Shown here: piece by piece, positions 38,732 to 51,980 of the stretch
Numbering within the stretch: position 1 is the stretch's first letter
How the letters are laid out: every line of letters starts with the position of its first letter
Made by a program: the position numbers and the translations under genes
Assembly (NCBI GenBank): GCA_964270895.1
Contig: OZ185435.1
Length of the DNA: 64,000 nucleotides
Origin: Podarcis filfolensis
Lineage: Eukaryota
Strand: one strand, 5' to 3'
Notes under the pieces: model-generated
Told to the model about the DNA's origin: nothing
The model's database searches: none
Seen by the model: only the letters and a program-made list of their open reading frames with translations

Positions 38732-39446
38732 TACAACTTTTGTCTTACTGGAGTTAAGTGCCTGGCCTGCTGTTGAGCTGGGCTGTGGGCAGCTGATTCA
38801 GCTCCAAGCGATCCACTTCTTTTGTGGATTGCCAGCTCACTGTCCTGCAAAATGGACCGTGGAGGACATAGCAAAAAATCTTCTGACCCATAAACTGGAG
38901 TAAGAGCTACAGGGATATTACAAATAAGAGGCATCTCCCCCCCCCCCCCGCGTTTTGTAGTAATATGTTCGTATTAGCCCAGAAGGACCCCGTTTCTGAA
39001 AGCACCTGTTTCTGTTTTGAATGCAATCAGTTATGTTTCTTTTAATATTGCCTGAAAATCTGCATAGCTGCAAAACAGAACCAAGAAAGACAGATGGGGA
39101 ATTTTCTAACGCTCTCCATTTTGGCATACGCAGGTATGTAAATGAATGTGGTATTCCAAGAGTAGAACAACCAGATTCTGTGACATGGTTTTATACAAGG
39201 CAGAAATTTACATGGAGCAAGCCAAATCAACAGCATGATGCCAAAGTGATTTAAAGTTGTTGGGGTTTTTTTGTGTGTGGGGGGGGGGGGAAGGAAGAAT
39301 AGGAAATTATTTGGGTGAATAGTCTCTCTTAAAGGCAAGCATAAAAATACTTTGCTGTGCAAGGCAACTTAAAATCAATGCTTTCTTCTGCATTCTTCTT
39401 CTAATACATGTAAGGAAAACAAAGAATTAAGAAAGAAGTAACATAC

Positions 39447-39556
39447 TTTGCTTGAAAGGCATTGTTTGTTCCTCTGTGGTCAAGGTCATGGCACAAACAT
39501 CCCACAATCAACGCTAAAATTTCAATTTCTGTCAGAATCTCCTGAAATCCTGCTGT
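39447..39556 (-). CDS. PDE11A: PDE11A coding exon (about exon 13), TAGFQEILTEIEILALIVGCLCHDLDHRGTNNAFQA(K)
   Basis: 110 nt, phase 0/2. Acceptor tttcag|ACA, donor AA|gtatgt. Contains the class I PDE signature HDxxHxGxxN. Confidence 0.98.
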
Positions 39557-42338
39557 CTGAAAACAGGGAAAACAAATATTGATGATGTCAGTAACTTCAG
39601 TCACCCATGATGCCACTAAAAATTAAAACTGGTACGTAATAGGAAAACGTACAGAGATTGACTTCTTTATTTCTTAGACTATTTTAGGCCCCCTTTCAGA
39701 GTTAAAACCTTTACAACGTAATTAAAATAAAATACATAAAATATGAAACAATTCATAAAAAATAAAAAGAATAAAACTAAACAAGCATTCAGACAAATAT
39801 TCAAAGTTTGGCCCTCCCACATGGAGCTGATCCTTGGAAGACTCTCAGTGAAAGGATAATTTGATTGAATCTGGGAACAGGCGTAGGAGCAGGGCATAAC
39901 TTCCCCACTTCAAAACTATTTAGCTACCCTTCTTGGCGTATGTAAACAAAACTAGTCAGCTAAAACAACATTCATTTTCCCATTTTAAACTTTGGAGGTG
40001 CTTAATACAGGGCAAGAGCTAAAAGCACTTCTGAACTTTCATTTTAGAAAACAAGCAAGCACGCTGATGAACTTGAATTGCAACAATTTCTTTTTCTTGG
40101 ACAAACAAGTTTGTTTTGATTCATTTATTTGCTTATTTATTTAAATTTTATCCGACGATCACAGGGCCACTCGCAACATAAATATTGTAGTCTATATACT
40201 TTTGTGCAGTTGTTCTGTTCTGGAAAAAGTAATCTAAATGTAAGATTTAACATAATTTCCATAAGAAAAAGAAAGCTAGAATAAGTAGGGTTTTAAAACC
40301 CGTTTTTAAAAAACTGTATCAATATATATATTGATAGACAAAGAGTGCCACAGAAGTGGAACCACCACTGAGAAGGCCCTTTCTCTCTCTCGAATGCTTC
40401 CCTGTTACACCCAATTTACTGTTCTGAGCTTTGGAAGCCATGAATGTGGATTCACAGTGCAAATAAAGCACCAGCCTTGTCTTTGCCAGTAATATACTTG
40501 CTCATACATCACAACATTGCCAAAGTGCAATTTAAACAATTATAAATGCCTCAATTTCATGAGACACTGTGCTTTTCTGATGACATTGTAACCAGGAAGC
40601 CAGTTGGCCAAATTTACCAACTGGTCTCGCATCAGTAACTGGGCCATGGAGCAGGAAGCTTTCCATCTGGTGTGGTCATGTATTACACAGCTATCATGTT
40701 AAGAATGCCATAAGGGAAACAGAAAAGGAAGGGAAGCGGAATCAGCCATCTTCTATGCAGTATTTTGTTACTGCAATCTCCTTGCTGATCCTGTAAAAGT
40801 CTTTTATTTTTATTTTCTCATTTATACCACACCCATCTGGCTGGTTCTCCCCAACCACTCTTGTACGAGGCTTCACTATGCAGAGATAGTTGGGCGTGGA
40901 ATCAAGAAGGAACCTTCTTCACCGGTGCTGATGCAAGCCTCTCCCTCACCCTGGGTCTATGCTTTAAGACTGCAGTTTTTCCTTGCCTTTGGGTACTGGG
41001 AAGGCAGCAATGGTTGGTGCTGTTGTCCTGGAGAACAGCCTCTTGGTGGTGCAGGAAGCAATGGTGTAGAAAGAGGACACCAAGCCCCCAAGAACTTTTC
41101 AAGCTTGCATCCCATCCCAGACGTTTCGTGTCATAATTAAAGAAGGACATTGGCTAAAAGCAGACACAACTCTTAAAGAATAAATTCAGCTGTAGTTGAT
41201 CAAAAAAGAAATCTTGTAATAAAGTAGGTAAAAATTATTACAAAAGCATCGTTTTCAGTGTATGCTGTGGGGGCAGGAAAATTATCTGCTTAGTAAGGCA
41301 CTAGACAAGTGATTATGTTTCCCTTTGCTTTAAAAACTGAAACATGTAAAGGAAAATGCACAGTACAAGATGATAGGAGAGCAAAATTTATTTTCACCAA
41401 AAAATAAATGACCTTAACTCACAAGTGCCAGAGTCTAAAGTGAGTTATGGAGGTCATTTTTTCATGTGAGGAAATTAATCGCATCGTACCTGGTCTGCTT
41501 TTATGTGCTTTGTTGTTAGCACACTGCATTTATGTATAATTATTTGCTATATTTATGAGTTGTGGAAAGAAAAATAAAATGTTGAAGAGTATCTGAAGAA
41601 ATATGACTGTAAAACAAAAACACACACAAAAAATTGGGCTGATCTTGAGGTTGATCCTACAGTCAAAATTCCTTACTCAAACGAGTAGTCTCATTACAAT
41701 CAATGAAAGCAGTCATGGGAGTTAAAATGATGGATGCGTAGGTTGCAGCACCAGGTCTGCAGCTCTCAAAGGCCAAGCCATACAGGGGTAACAGTATAAA
41801 TCACGGAACGTATAAAAGGACTGCAGAGCTGTGAAGTTATTTTAAAACTTTAATGCTGCATTGCATAGCAGGACTCCCTGATGGAATGAAAACACTCACA
41901 GCCATACACAGCTTAGGTTGAAACTGTGTTTTTGAAAACTGTGCGTTCCTCTTCACTCTTTGTAAAAGAATTTAGTGGTTCCCCCACTTTGGGTGCTAGG
42001 AAAGTATGAATAGTTCTGTTGATGCCATGTAACAGACTGGACAAAACAAGTCCATGTGGTAGAAATTGCCACAAATTTAGCTTTAATAGCAGCAAACCAT
42101 TGTGAACATTAAGGGTAACGTGCATGGGGAATTGAACCTCTTTCTCCCAATCAACATGGCTTGGTAATCCAAATCTAGGCAGCCCAGCACCATAAACCTA
42201 AACGAATTGCCAGTGTCTGAAGGAAGCAACCATTCTATGTGGTAGTGGGATCAGAGTCTCACAGCGAGGAGGAAGTTAAGCCAGGGATGAGAAACCTGTA
42301 TCCTTCTAGACGTCCCAACAGCCTCAGACTCCATTTTC

Positions 42339-42607
42339 TGCCAACCTAGCAGTTTGAAAGCACACCAGTGCAAGTAGATAAATAGGTACCACTGCAGCGG
42401 GAAGGTAAACAGCGTTTCCGTATACTCTGGCTTCCGTCATGGTCCTCCATGCACCAATAGCGGTTTAGTCATGCTGGCCACATGACCTGGAAAGCTGTCT
42501 GTGGTTAAACACCGGCCCCCTCGGCCTGAAAAGCGAGATGAGTGCCGCACCCTAGTCACCTTTGACTGGACTTAACCGGATGGAGGTCATTTACCTTCTA
42601 CCTTTAC
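42339..42607 (+). mobile_element. Sauria SINE, 5'-truncated
   Basis: ctgccaacctagcagtttgaaagcac...gtgcaagtagataaataggtacc, tail tttaccttctacctttac. Confidence 0.88.
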
Positions 42608-45177
42608 TTCAAAACACGGACATGCAGAATGCACTAATTAAAATTTTTAAAGCAACAAGAAATTATTAAAACCCTATAGTTTATTTTTGGCTTTGGCCAT
42701 GAGAAATAAGTTCTCATGATGGTACTCTGATTTTCCTTTCTTCAATTTAGTAACCTCCAATATAACCTGGAATTCCAGGTTCAGTGATGTCTCTACAAGC
42801 GTCTTTGGAGTACAAACTTAAGTGATTCCATAGCAGTCCTACCAGAGCAGAAATTTAGTATATACATCATATAGATAAATACAAATTCAGTAGTGATGGC
42901 TTTACATTTATCCCTTGATCACAAGGTCTGCTTATCATTACTTCCATTTAATCTTTGATTTACATACTGAATATATGTTCAGTTTCCAAAAATTGGAAGC
43001 AATATTGGAATCAATTGTAACTTTGCATAGTATTGGGCTATAAAACAGTACAGAGTTAGACTAGATGACCCTCCTGGTCTTTCCAAGCAACATAATCTTT
43101 TATTTCTATAATATATCTTACTGAGATCAGTTTTCTATAAATGCTAAGACTTGGGGGTGCATTCAGACTTGGGGATTTTTTTTGTTAGTTTTCCTGGTTA
43201 TAATGCTAGTGCTTCTGTCCTGGTTTCTAAATGTTCTTTTTATACTGCATTACCTGTTGTGTTACGGAACTGTGGCTTTGAGATCAAAGTATCTCCAAGT
43301 CACACAAAATTTCATTTACACCAGTGGGCATGGTGTGACACAACAGCAGACCTCATTGGACATGGCATCACCTTTTGTGTGTAGGCGTGCTTCTGTTTCC
43401 CCTTGATTCCCCCATGAAACAGCAGAAAAGAGCAGTATGCCAGAATACCACCCCAAATTACATCATGTGAGTGCGGGCGACATGATCCATGAAAACTGTG
43501 GGAAAATTACGCTGCAAAACTCCCACAATTTTCCAGGTTAACAGGGTTGCAAACATTTATTTTCTGGAAGCAATTAACCTGGAAATGAGTGCAAACGTTC
43601 AGTTAGAGTCCACTAGATTTGCAGGAGGGGCATTTATGTTGTGTGAAAGATCACATCAAAAAAACACAAAAATTATCAGGGAAGGAAACTTGTGAGGAAA
43701 CCGAATAAAGTGCTGTCTGAGTGGAGCCTAGGTTAGGTGCCCAGTATCATGTAACGTACTTAGTAGGAAGTAGGAAGAAGTATTAGTAGAAGTATTAGTA
43801 GGAGGAAGTATTAATTCATTAAAAAGAAACACACATGCTTTTCTCCCTTGCTATCTATTATTCATTACCCTTCTGTCTCTCTGAACTTGACCACACTGAC
43901 ATCCCGAACATCATTTTTAAACATGTAAAATCCACGTTTAAAGATATATAAATAAATAAAAACCAAATAACGTGTCAGTGTGTTTACTGTAATAGCCAGT
44001 AATAAAAGTGCTGAACTGCAGCTCTTCAGCATAACCTCATTGACAGTATTACTATAAAATCTAAGATAATAATATACGTGTGTCCCCCACACATTACCAG
44101 TAAGTTGTATAAGATTATTACATTCCATAAGGAGCTGTGTAATGCTTAGGAAGAAAAATGAGCAGAATGGCAAAATATGTGCTTATATTTCAAGGTGTCT
44201 TTACTTAAAGTGTCTATTGTTCTGGAGTTTACTTACATCATTACCACATGTAGGAACAATGCTAATGGAATGGCCATTTATGAGTACAAACTGCAAAGGG
44301 AAAAGTGATTCTTCTAGAAAAACATTACACGATGTGCTTATCAGTCACATATAAATTTATCCTTTGGCCTTTTACGTTTGGTCTTGTACTTTTAAACTCA
44401 ATGGTACTGTCAGAAATCTGATGCATACTCTGTATACTTTATGCGTAATTAAACATTCTGTTCAATTTAGGTTATTTTAACCGCAAACAACCAAAGTGCT
44501 AGTCTTTATTCAGGCTTTCAAAAGATTGATAATAGTTGCATGTAGTGGAATGTGGCAGGATCTGTTCTTCCCCTATGCACATCCATTAGAACATCAATAG
44601 AGGTTCTCCATGTATGGCTGTACATGGGGTGGGCAGGGTTGAAGGGCTTTACAGATATTTCAATAAACATACATAGGTTGGGGGGGGGTGGATCCTTCCA
44701 TTGAATTTTGGTCCCACCAGCAGCTAAGGTCATTATCCCATTCTGAACACTTGAAAAAGCTTAGGTAGCATTAGAATGAATAATTCCGAACCCTTCTGGA
44801 CAACATATTAGTCTCAATTTCACTTTTTAACATATCTTCAACTCTAAATGCTGACTAGCCAGAAGCGCAACTGTGCTAAGTCTGTTGAGAGAAAACATCA
44901 GGCCCATGCAGAGCTTTGTCTGAGGCCCAGGGTGGGAGTCTTTTTAGAATAAAGTTATAAACTAAAAGACAAAAAGAGAAGACGTTGCCAGTCCCTGGTG
45001 GGCCCCCCTGTTTGGCTTAGCCCTCTGAAGCTCTGGGCAAGTGTACCCAGCTTCCCCGTCCCCTCCAGCTGTTGCACGGGCCTGGAAAACACCAGAGAAT
45101 CCTTAAAATCAATACACTTATCATTGTATGAGCATTTTGTAGGCAGAACCTACTTCATCAAATGCATAAATGTGGAC

Positions 45178-45435
45178 TGTTATGTACTGAAGTTCTCACC
45201 CTGGGCCAGCAGGGGGATACTGTAGATAGTTCAGGTCCACATATGCAAATAAGGGGTCAAAAGTGACGTTCAGTGATTGGATAGTTACAGAAAATGGTTA
45301 CTGTTGCGTTCTAGTGGAGCTCTACATAAGCAGGCTGGCTGAACCCTTCAGCTCAGTTCTGTTCTGGCCTGTGAATAAACAAGAGCTGTTTGAAGAATCA
45401 CTGTGCCGTCTGATATGTTCACCCACGTCTTAACA
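45178..45435 (+). mobile_element. Solo LTR (Gypsy/ERV type)
   Basis: Starts TGTTA and ends TAACA (5-bp terminal inverted repeat). AATAAA at 45374. Flanked by TGGAC/CGGAC, a 5-bp TSD with one transition. Confidence 0.75.
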
Positions 45436-46667
45436 CGGACAGTAGAAGAGCTGTGTCAACTATGAGATTAAAAGATAAAAGGAGCAGATCCAGTCACTTG
45501 AAGTGAAAGAATCCCACAGATGTAGAACGGCGCAGGAACGTGCACCCTTGGTGTGCCAGACAGAACTGCACAACGCTGCGCGCCACACAATGCTGTCGCT
45601 GTGACAGGCATAATACTTATGATTGGACTTGTCCGACGTTGTGTCATTGTATTTTAAAAGCAGCCACAAGAGGGCTCCCATTTTGATCAGAGTAGCAACA
45701 CTGGTGGAGAGCCCTTCCCCTGAACAATATTCCCTTTGAAACCCCCCCCCTTCTATTAACCCTGGAAGGTGAAACGCAAGTGCCTATATTGTGTCCATCT
45801 TTCCTCTGAAAGGGAGCTACCAGCAGCCGGGCTGGTGAAGATTCAGAACAGCGAAGCGGCACAGAAGTACCGCTAGTACCACAGCTCCAATCCAATTCCC
45901 ACCGGCAACCTGCTCCTTCTGAGTTAACATTAAAATGGTGGGAGATCTTACCACATCTGTTTGGGACCTTAAACATTTCCAGACTTTGTTGAAACCAAGG
46001 AGAACAGCACCAGTCTGTCAATGAACCTAATTTTCTATTTTCTACTACATTTTTATTTATTTTTTATTGTAATGAGCTTAAGGTCATTACAATATGAATG
46101 TTCAAATGAAATGTTCAACCCTTGGTTTCTTTGTTTGCTGTGCTTAACATTCAAGTAGTGTCAATCCTTCTCTTTTAGACTAGTCAGTCTGTCTTGTGTA
46201 GATCTCTATAATACTTTTTTTGGGCATGTATCATGTTGGCAGATATGGAAGAGAATTGACTCAAAAGAGTATGAGAGTAGATACAGAAGGGAACAGAATT
46301 TGTTCTCTGTTCATGGCGAGTAGCCTGTGATCTGTATACCAATCGAGGCCTTTCCTAAGATTGATTTCAGGGCAAAGGCTTTAACTACGGACTTTATCTG
46401 CTATTGCTGTCCTCTAGTAGGCCTAACACATCACATTATTCGCACTTCAGAAATTATGCAGCTGTGCAAGACCCTGATCTACTAAACTATGGTTTATTAT
46501 ACACATTCCACCAAAACCTGTGGCCAGTGAAGTCAGGATAAAAGTTTAAATAGAAGCAGACTTTCAATTCCATCATGTACATGTTTAATGAGATAAAAGT
46601 GTCACTGTGTTCACTGCAGTTGACTCCCAGGTAAGTGTGCACAAGATTTCAAATGTGCCTAAAACTG

Positions 46668-48642
46668 GGCCACTTCCGGGTTAGCGCAATCGACTATGGC
46701 GGATTCCCTCCGAGCTCCGGAGGGAATCTGCTCAGTAGGGGACTGGTCCTGCCGTGGCGGCGACGCGGGGACCCTCAGAAACCACAGGCGCTGAAGCCTG
46801 TGGACTTGGTGACTCGGCGGGCACCATTTGCGCCCCCCGACCCGCGAAGGAGCCTTTTTAAAGGCTTCGGAACGGGGGACAGGGAGAGGTGCGGTGCTGT
46901 GAGTCGACTGCTTCCCCTACGGAGTGAAGCCGCATGCCATGGTCGGAGAGCGCTGACTTCTTCCTTTGAACATTTGGACTAAAAGTAACAACCCGTGAGT
47001 AATACGGAAATTGGATTTAAAATTTCTTTTTTGGATTTGGCACGAGCGGGGAAGGCGCAAAGAGGAAGTCCGTCTCCCCGTCTTGTAAACATCTTAAAGC
47101 AAGGACTAGATAACTAAGGTTGAGAGAACACCTTCTTCTTGAGAGGATAAAAGCAATTAATTTCACGTTTTGGCAGTATAAGTGACTTTGCTGGAGGATA
47201 AGAGCTAATTTTGAGAGTGGAACTGCCACCCCCCCCCCCAGGACCCGGGAGCGATCCGTGAGAGAGCCTGTTGAAGAGACATAGAAGATTTTGACAGCTG
47301 TCAAACTAGCTGTCAAAGCTGGGGGAAAAAAGAGAACTTTGTTTCTGTTGCCTCGGCTGGTTATATTTGTTACATTCAGGTAATAAATTGTTGAAAATAA
47401 AGAGAAAAGGTTATTTTGACTTTTGGATTGGAACTGGAAGGAATACTAAGTAACCAGAACTCCTCTAGAGGGGGCTCTGGGACATTACAAGAATGGCTGT
47501 AAGTGGAAAAATACTGATTGAACTGGAAAAGACTTTTCTTCTTCTGTGAAATTTCAAGAACAAAGCAATGGGTTGGCTATAAATGTTACAACATTGAATG
47601 AAACAGTAAATAAACTTGCTGAAACTGGAAGGGACTTGACTCAAGTCTTTGTATCAGAACAAAAATATTTTGTATCTGAGCTAAAAATTTTTGCAGCTGA
47701 ACAAGAAAAGAAATCCGAGAAACTTGAGAAAGTGGGGAAAGAGATACATGATAATTTAGAGGGAAAGGAAGGAGGAGCTATAATGTCGCAGATGATTAAG
47801 GAGAGCCAGAGGCCTGCTAAGATGGATATAAAGGAAAAGAAGAATGAGATTATGAAAATCTGGTTTGAATGGAAGAATGAGGAATGGAGAGATCTCCTCA
47901 TGTGGACTTATGGATTAAAAACCTGACTAAAGTGGAAGCTGGAGTTTCTGGGACATTTGGACTTAAAAGAAGTAAGAAACAAGATTTGGACTACAATTTT
48001 AAATATGGAGGTCTGGCTGGAAGAAATATGGACCTTATTGGGACAGAGCTTCTCCGAGATTTGGTGTTTAATATTAACATTCCTTTATATATATATAATA
48101 TATAAACATTAATATAAAGGACTACCAAAAAAACCGGCAGAGAGGAAATGAGAGACTTAAGAGCCTCGGATGTGAGGTCACCAGGCTGACAGCAGATAGA
48201 CTGATGGACATTTGTTGGAGCTTGAAACCGGTAAAGGTGGGGAGTGGGGTTTTGGGTATCCAAAGGCTGTACAATTATAGTTTGTTTTTATATACTTTGT
48301 TTTGTTACTTATATTAAAATGGGGAACTTGTGAAAGGGAATTGGGGTCGATCTTAGAAAAAGATATTAAGAATAAGTACTGATGCATAAAGATTGAGGTT
48401 TATGTTAAAATTGGTTAACCAAAAGGATTTAAATATAATAAGGTAAAATTTGGGGATAAGAACTTGCTGAACAAAAAAAATTGAATTGGAATACAAGAAG
48501 GGGAGGTGTGGGGAAGTCAAGGAAATATGTTATTGAAAGAAAGGAATGTAATTATATGTGTGTTCTTTTATTTTAATTTTTTATTTTTTTGTTTTTTTCT
48601 TTATTTTTTGAAAATTTCAATAAATATCTTTTTTTTAAAAAA
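46668..48642 (+). mobile_element. About 2-kb non-autonomous L1-like retroposon (CpG-rich 5' end, short coiled-coil-like ORF 47546-47926, A-rich tail)
   Basis: Perfect 17-bp TSD AAATGTGCCTAAAACTG at 46651-46667 and 48643-48659. AATAAA followed by a T/A-rich tail. No EN or RT ORF visible. Confidence 0.75.
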
Positions 48643-48811
48643 AAATGTGCCTAAAACTGAACGCTCAGTATTACTGCAGCACTAGGTGTTTCTTTTCCAT
48701 CAAGATGGAGCACTACAAGTCATTCCCGTAACTAAAAGTATCTTAGTTGAATACGTAAATACACACGTATTCTAGAGTTGCTTCTGGAGTCTCACATCTG
48801 ACTAAGAACTA

Positions 48812-49051
48812 CAGTGGGACCTTGGTTTACAAACTTAATCCATTCCGTAAGTCCGTTCTTAAACCAAAACCGTTCTTAAACCGAGGCGCGCTTTCCCTAA
48901 TGAGGCCTCCCGCTGCCGGTGCCCTTCCACCATTCGGCTTCTATTCTTAGACCGAGGTAAAGTTCGCAAACCGGGAAACTACTTCCGGTTTTGCGGAGTC
49001 GTAAACTGAATGGTTTGTACACAGGGCTGTTCTTAAACCGAGGTACCACTG
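48812..49051. mobile_element. Tigger-like MITE
   Basis: ta|cagtgggaccttgg ... cgaggtaccactg|ta. Confidence 0.85.
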
Positions 49052-50720
49052 TAGTGACATTCCAACAAAATCATTTTAAGGCCTAATTCATACAACCACT
49101 TGCAACTGCACAGGGACTTCTAGTGAACTTCAGGCAACCATTTCATGACAGGGATGTGTGCGTAATCCATTTTTATGAATGGGGTCATCATGCAACCTAC
49201 AAAGGTGGGAGAAGGGTTGTTGCATAGCAAGCCATTCACAATGACAGATTCCCCATGACTCTCTGCCAATGGGGGGTAGTGCCTTGTTGTAGAGAAGAAA
49301 AGGTCATGTGAATTTTCTCTAAGAGTTGACACATAAGTAGTGCAGGCTGAGAAGTGGGAAACAGTTGTGTGGGAAATAGCTCGCATTTGGCAGTGTTTTG
49401 AAAATTAGCTGTGCAGATATTCACAGATCCACAGCCAACAGATAGACGTTTTAACCCTATCAAAGCAAAACAACAACAACAACAAAGACCCGACCCTTTC
49501 CAAACAATTGCAATTCCATATGAACCTGCTGTTTGGTAGTTATTCAATCCAGATGAAAAGAAGCTGTTTCATCAAACGATAAAACATGCTGTCATACCTC
49601 ACCAGCTCCAGAAAGAAACCTAAAACAATTCTGGCCTTTGAGCTCCACCTAGCGGAAGCCTTGCATTAAGGTCTGTATTGTTATGAGCAAAAGCGGCAGC
49701 ACAAATGTGAAAGCTTTCATCAGAATAGTTATCAAGCAGGTTTTGATTTTTATGTAGCATTTTAGCAACGAAATATAAAAATGAAAACCTTCAAATAATT
49801 TATCTAGGTTGTCAAACATGATGATGGATCAGCTTAAAGTGCATAGATGAGCAGACTGGGGGCACAATGCCATGATTTAAGTGCAAATGTACATGTGTGT
49901 GTTTTATTAAATGTGGATGTCTAAGGGGAAGTGGGGAATTGACAGCTGGGAAGGCCCATCAACTCCAAACTTATTCAGTGAGTGAGGCCTCATATTGCCA
50001 AGGTGTCCCTGCTGGCAATTTGTCTACATTAAAAAAAAGAAAAAAACTGAAGGTATGTGATCAGCACCTTGCATAAATGTGATGTGGAAGTAATAATTCT
50101 CGGTGTCTTGGTTAAATTTTCTTATGCCTTCCCCAAAGCCAAAGAAAATTGTTCGCCTGTCTTCATGAAGCTGGTTGTAAACACCTGCCACCGCTAACGA
50201 ATTCTGGCAGCCTAGAATAAAATGTTAAAATAGCATACACCCTTGTCCTCCCATTACATCCTTGAACCCCTGAACCTAGCAGCTTTTCTTAACCAGTTCA
50301 ACCCAGGTTTCCCTCCTTCGTCACCTCTTTCCTTCACCTGAAATGTCCAGTTTACCTGTATCCTTTAACTGTTTCCCCACCACCATAATATAAGGCTCCT
50401 GTTGGCAGCTGCAGCTTTACCAGTTAAAGATTCCAGTTTTGGATAAACTGGAATGCTCACTTTACTATTCCCACTGAAGTTTCTTTGCCAGCTGTCTGGT
50501 CCTTCCTTACAATCTCTCACCATGTACTTGATTAGCAGCTCAGTGCTCTTTGGGGGGTTAAAGTGCGCAAATCTTCAGTCCCATTTAAATTCATGCATTT
50601 TAAATTCTATGGTTACATGCCCAAGTCCTACTTTCCTCAATGGGAGCAACACACTGAACTTTCTCTGGATTACAGGCACATTGGCAGAGTGGGGATTTTA
50701 TGAAGCAATGACTTCTAGGG

Positions 50721-50723
<3 letters not shown>

Positions 50724-50773
<50 letters not shown>
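50724..50773. repeat. (AT)n microsatellite
   Basis: Direct reading. Confidence 0.95.
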
Positions 50774-50776
<3 letters not shown>

Positions 50777-51046
50777 CCATTCTTTTAAGATGAGGTTCTA
50801 TAACAATAAGGTCACTATCATACAACTGCCATCTGTGGTTCCATTCTTTCACAGTGCTCAAACCCTGTCAAATGTTGCCAAATAAGCGCTGCCAAATTAG
50901 GTATCAAATTAGGACCCTTTATTCTCTTGGGCGCTTACGTCTCAATATTTTTTTTTTAATGCCGTATTAGCAAGGGGAAGAGGAAACAAATGTTTGGACA
51001 ACATTGTGGATAGTATCATAAGATGCCTGCCACTCAAGATACTCAC

Positions 51047-51154
51047 AGTTAACATGGCAAACATGAGCTGGCACACATTGAAAGCGTGCCTCCAGTTGTG
51101 GTACAGGACCATTCGGTAATTTTTCCTCACCGTCAAAAGCCACCTACACAACGT
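51047..51154 (-). CDS. PDE11A: PDE11A coding exon (about exon 12), [36 protein letters not shown]
   Basis: 108 nt. Acceptor tttcag|ACG, donor ACT|gtgagt. Contains the PDE YHNxxH metal-binding motif. Confidence 0.98.
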
Positions 51155-51264
51155 CTGAAATAGAAAAGTACAAATCGCATCAGGGACACTTAACACGGAC
51201 AAATGGGCACAACCACCGCCAAAACCAAAGCAGCACCGATTATCTTCGCACAACAGATGGTTAC

Positions 51265-51411
51265 CTCATAGTCAATTTTAAATTTCTGCACCATTCCAAG
51301 CTCCATGAACATCCGGAGGGCTGCAGTTATCATGGCGTCCGTGTCGAGGGAGAAGTCGTCAAAATGGATGTTGTCTATGCCAAGCTCTGACACAAGTGGA
51401 ATGTTTGCTGC
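51265..51411 (-). CDS. PDE11A: PDE11A coding exon (about human exon 11), [49 protein letters not shown]
   Basis: 147 nt, phase 0/0. Acceptor ttccag|GCA, donor GAG|gtaacc. Translation closely matches the recalled human PDE11A catalytic-domain start ([23 protein letters not shown]). Confidence 0.97.
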
Positions 51412-51980
51412 CTGGAATTACCCAAAGACAATGAGAAAACTTCTCACGCGCAGCTCAGGCTCTTTCTAGCCGCACTTCCTTAGAACAAATGTTTCCCAAA
51501 TCCATTTAGACAACCTAGAAATGGCAATTGCAAAATGTACGGTGGAAATCTGGGAAGGGAGAGAAAACTACAAACTGGAAGTGCAATCCCACTAGTATCA
51601 AAACTGCAACAAGATCCATTCTGTTAAATCTGGGATGGGAAACCTGTGGTCCTCTAGATGTTGTTGCATTCCGTCTTGCAGCATGGCCAATGCTGAGGGA
51701 TGGCAGGTGTTTTAGTCTAGCAACCCCTGGAGGGCCACAGGTTCTCCATGACTTAAATGGAGACTGCCTAGAAACTTCACTGAAATAGCATTTGGAGAAA
51801 TGGCTGTGTATGTATATGACCTATGTATGCTCAGCAGAATAAATATGTCCTGCTTCACAGGTTATGTTTTATGAATGCTGCTCCACCCCCAACAAAAGGT
51901 ACGTGTAAAGTAGTCCTGAGCTAGCATTTGAAGAGCTGTCAGCTCTACAGCAGCTGCAATGGATTTGCATTACAAGACAA

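Noticed and set aside
50430-50454. Perfect 10-bp hairpin ATTCCAGTTT-tggat-AAACTGGAAT
   Set aside because: Too short for a pre-miRNA, and plausible by chance in 64 kb.
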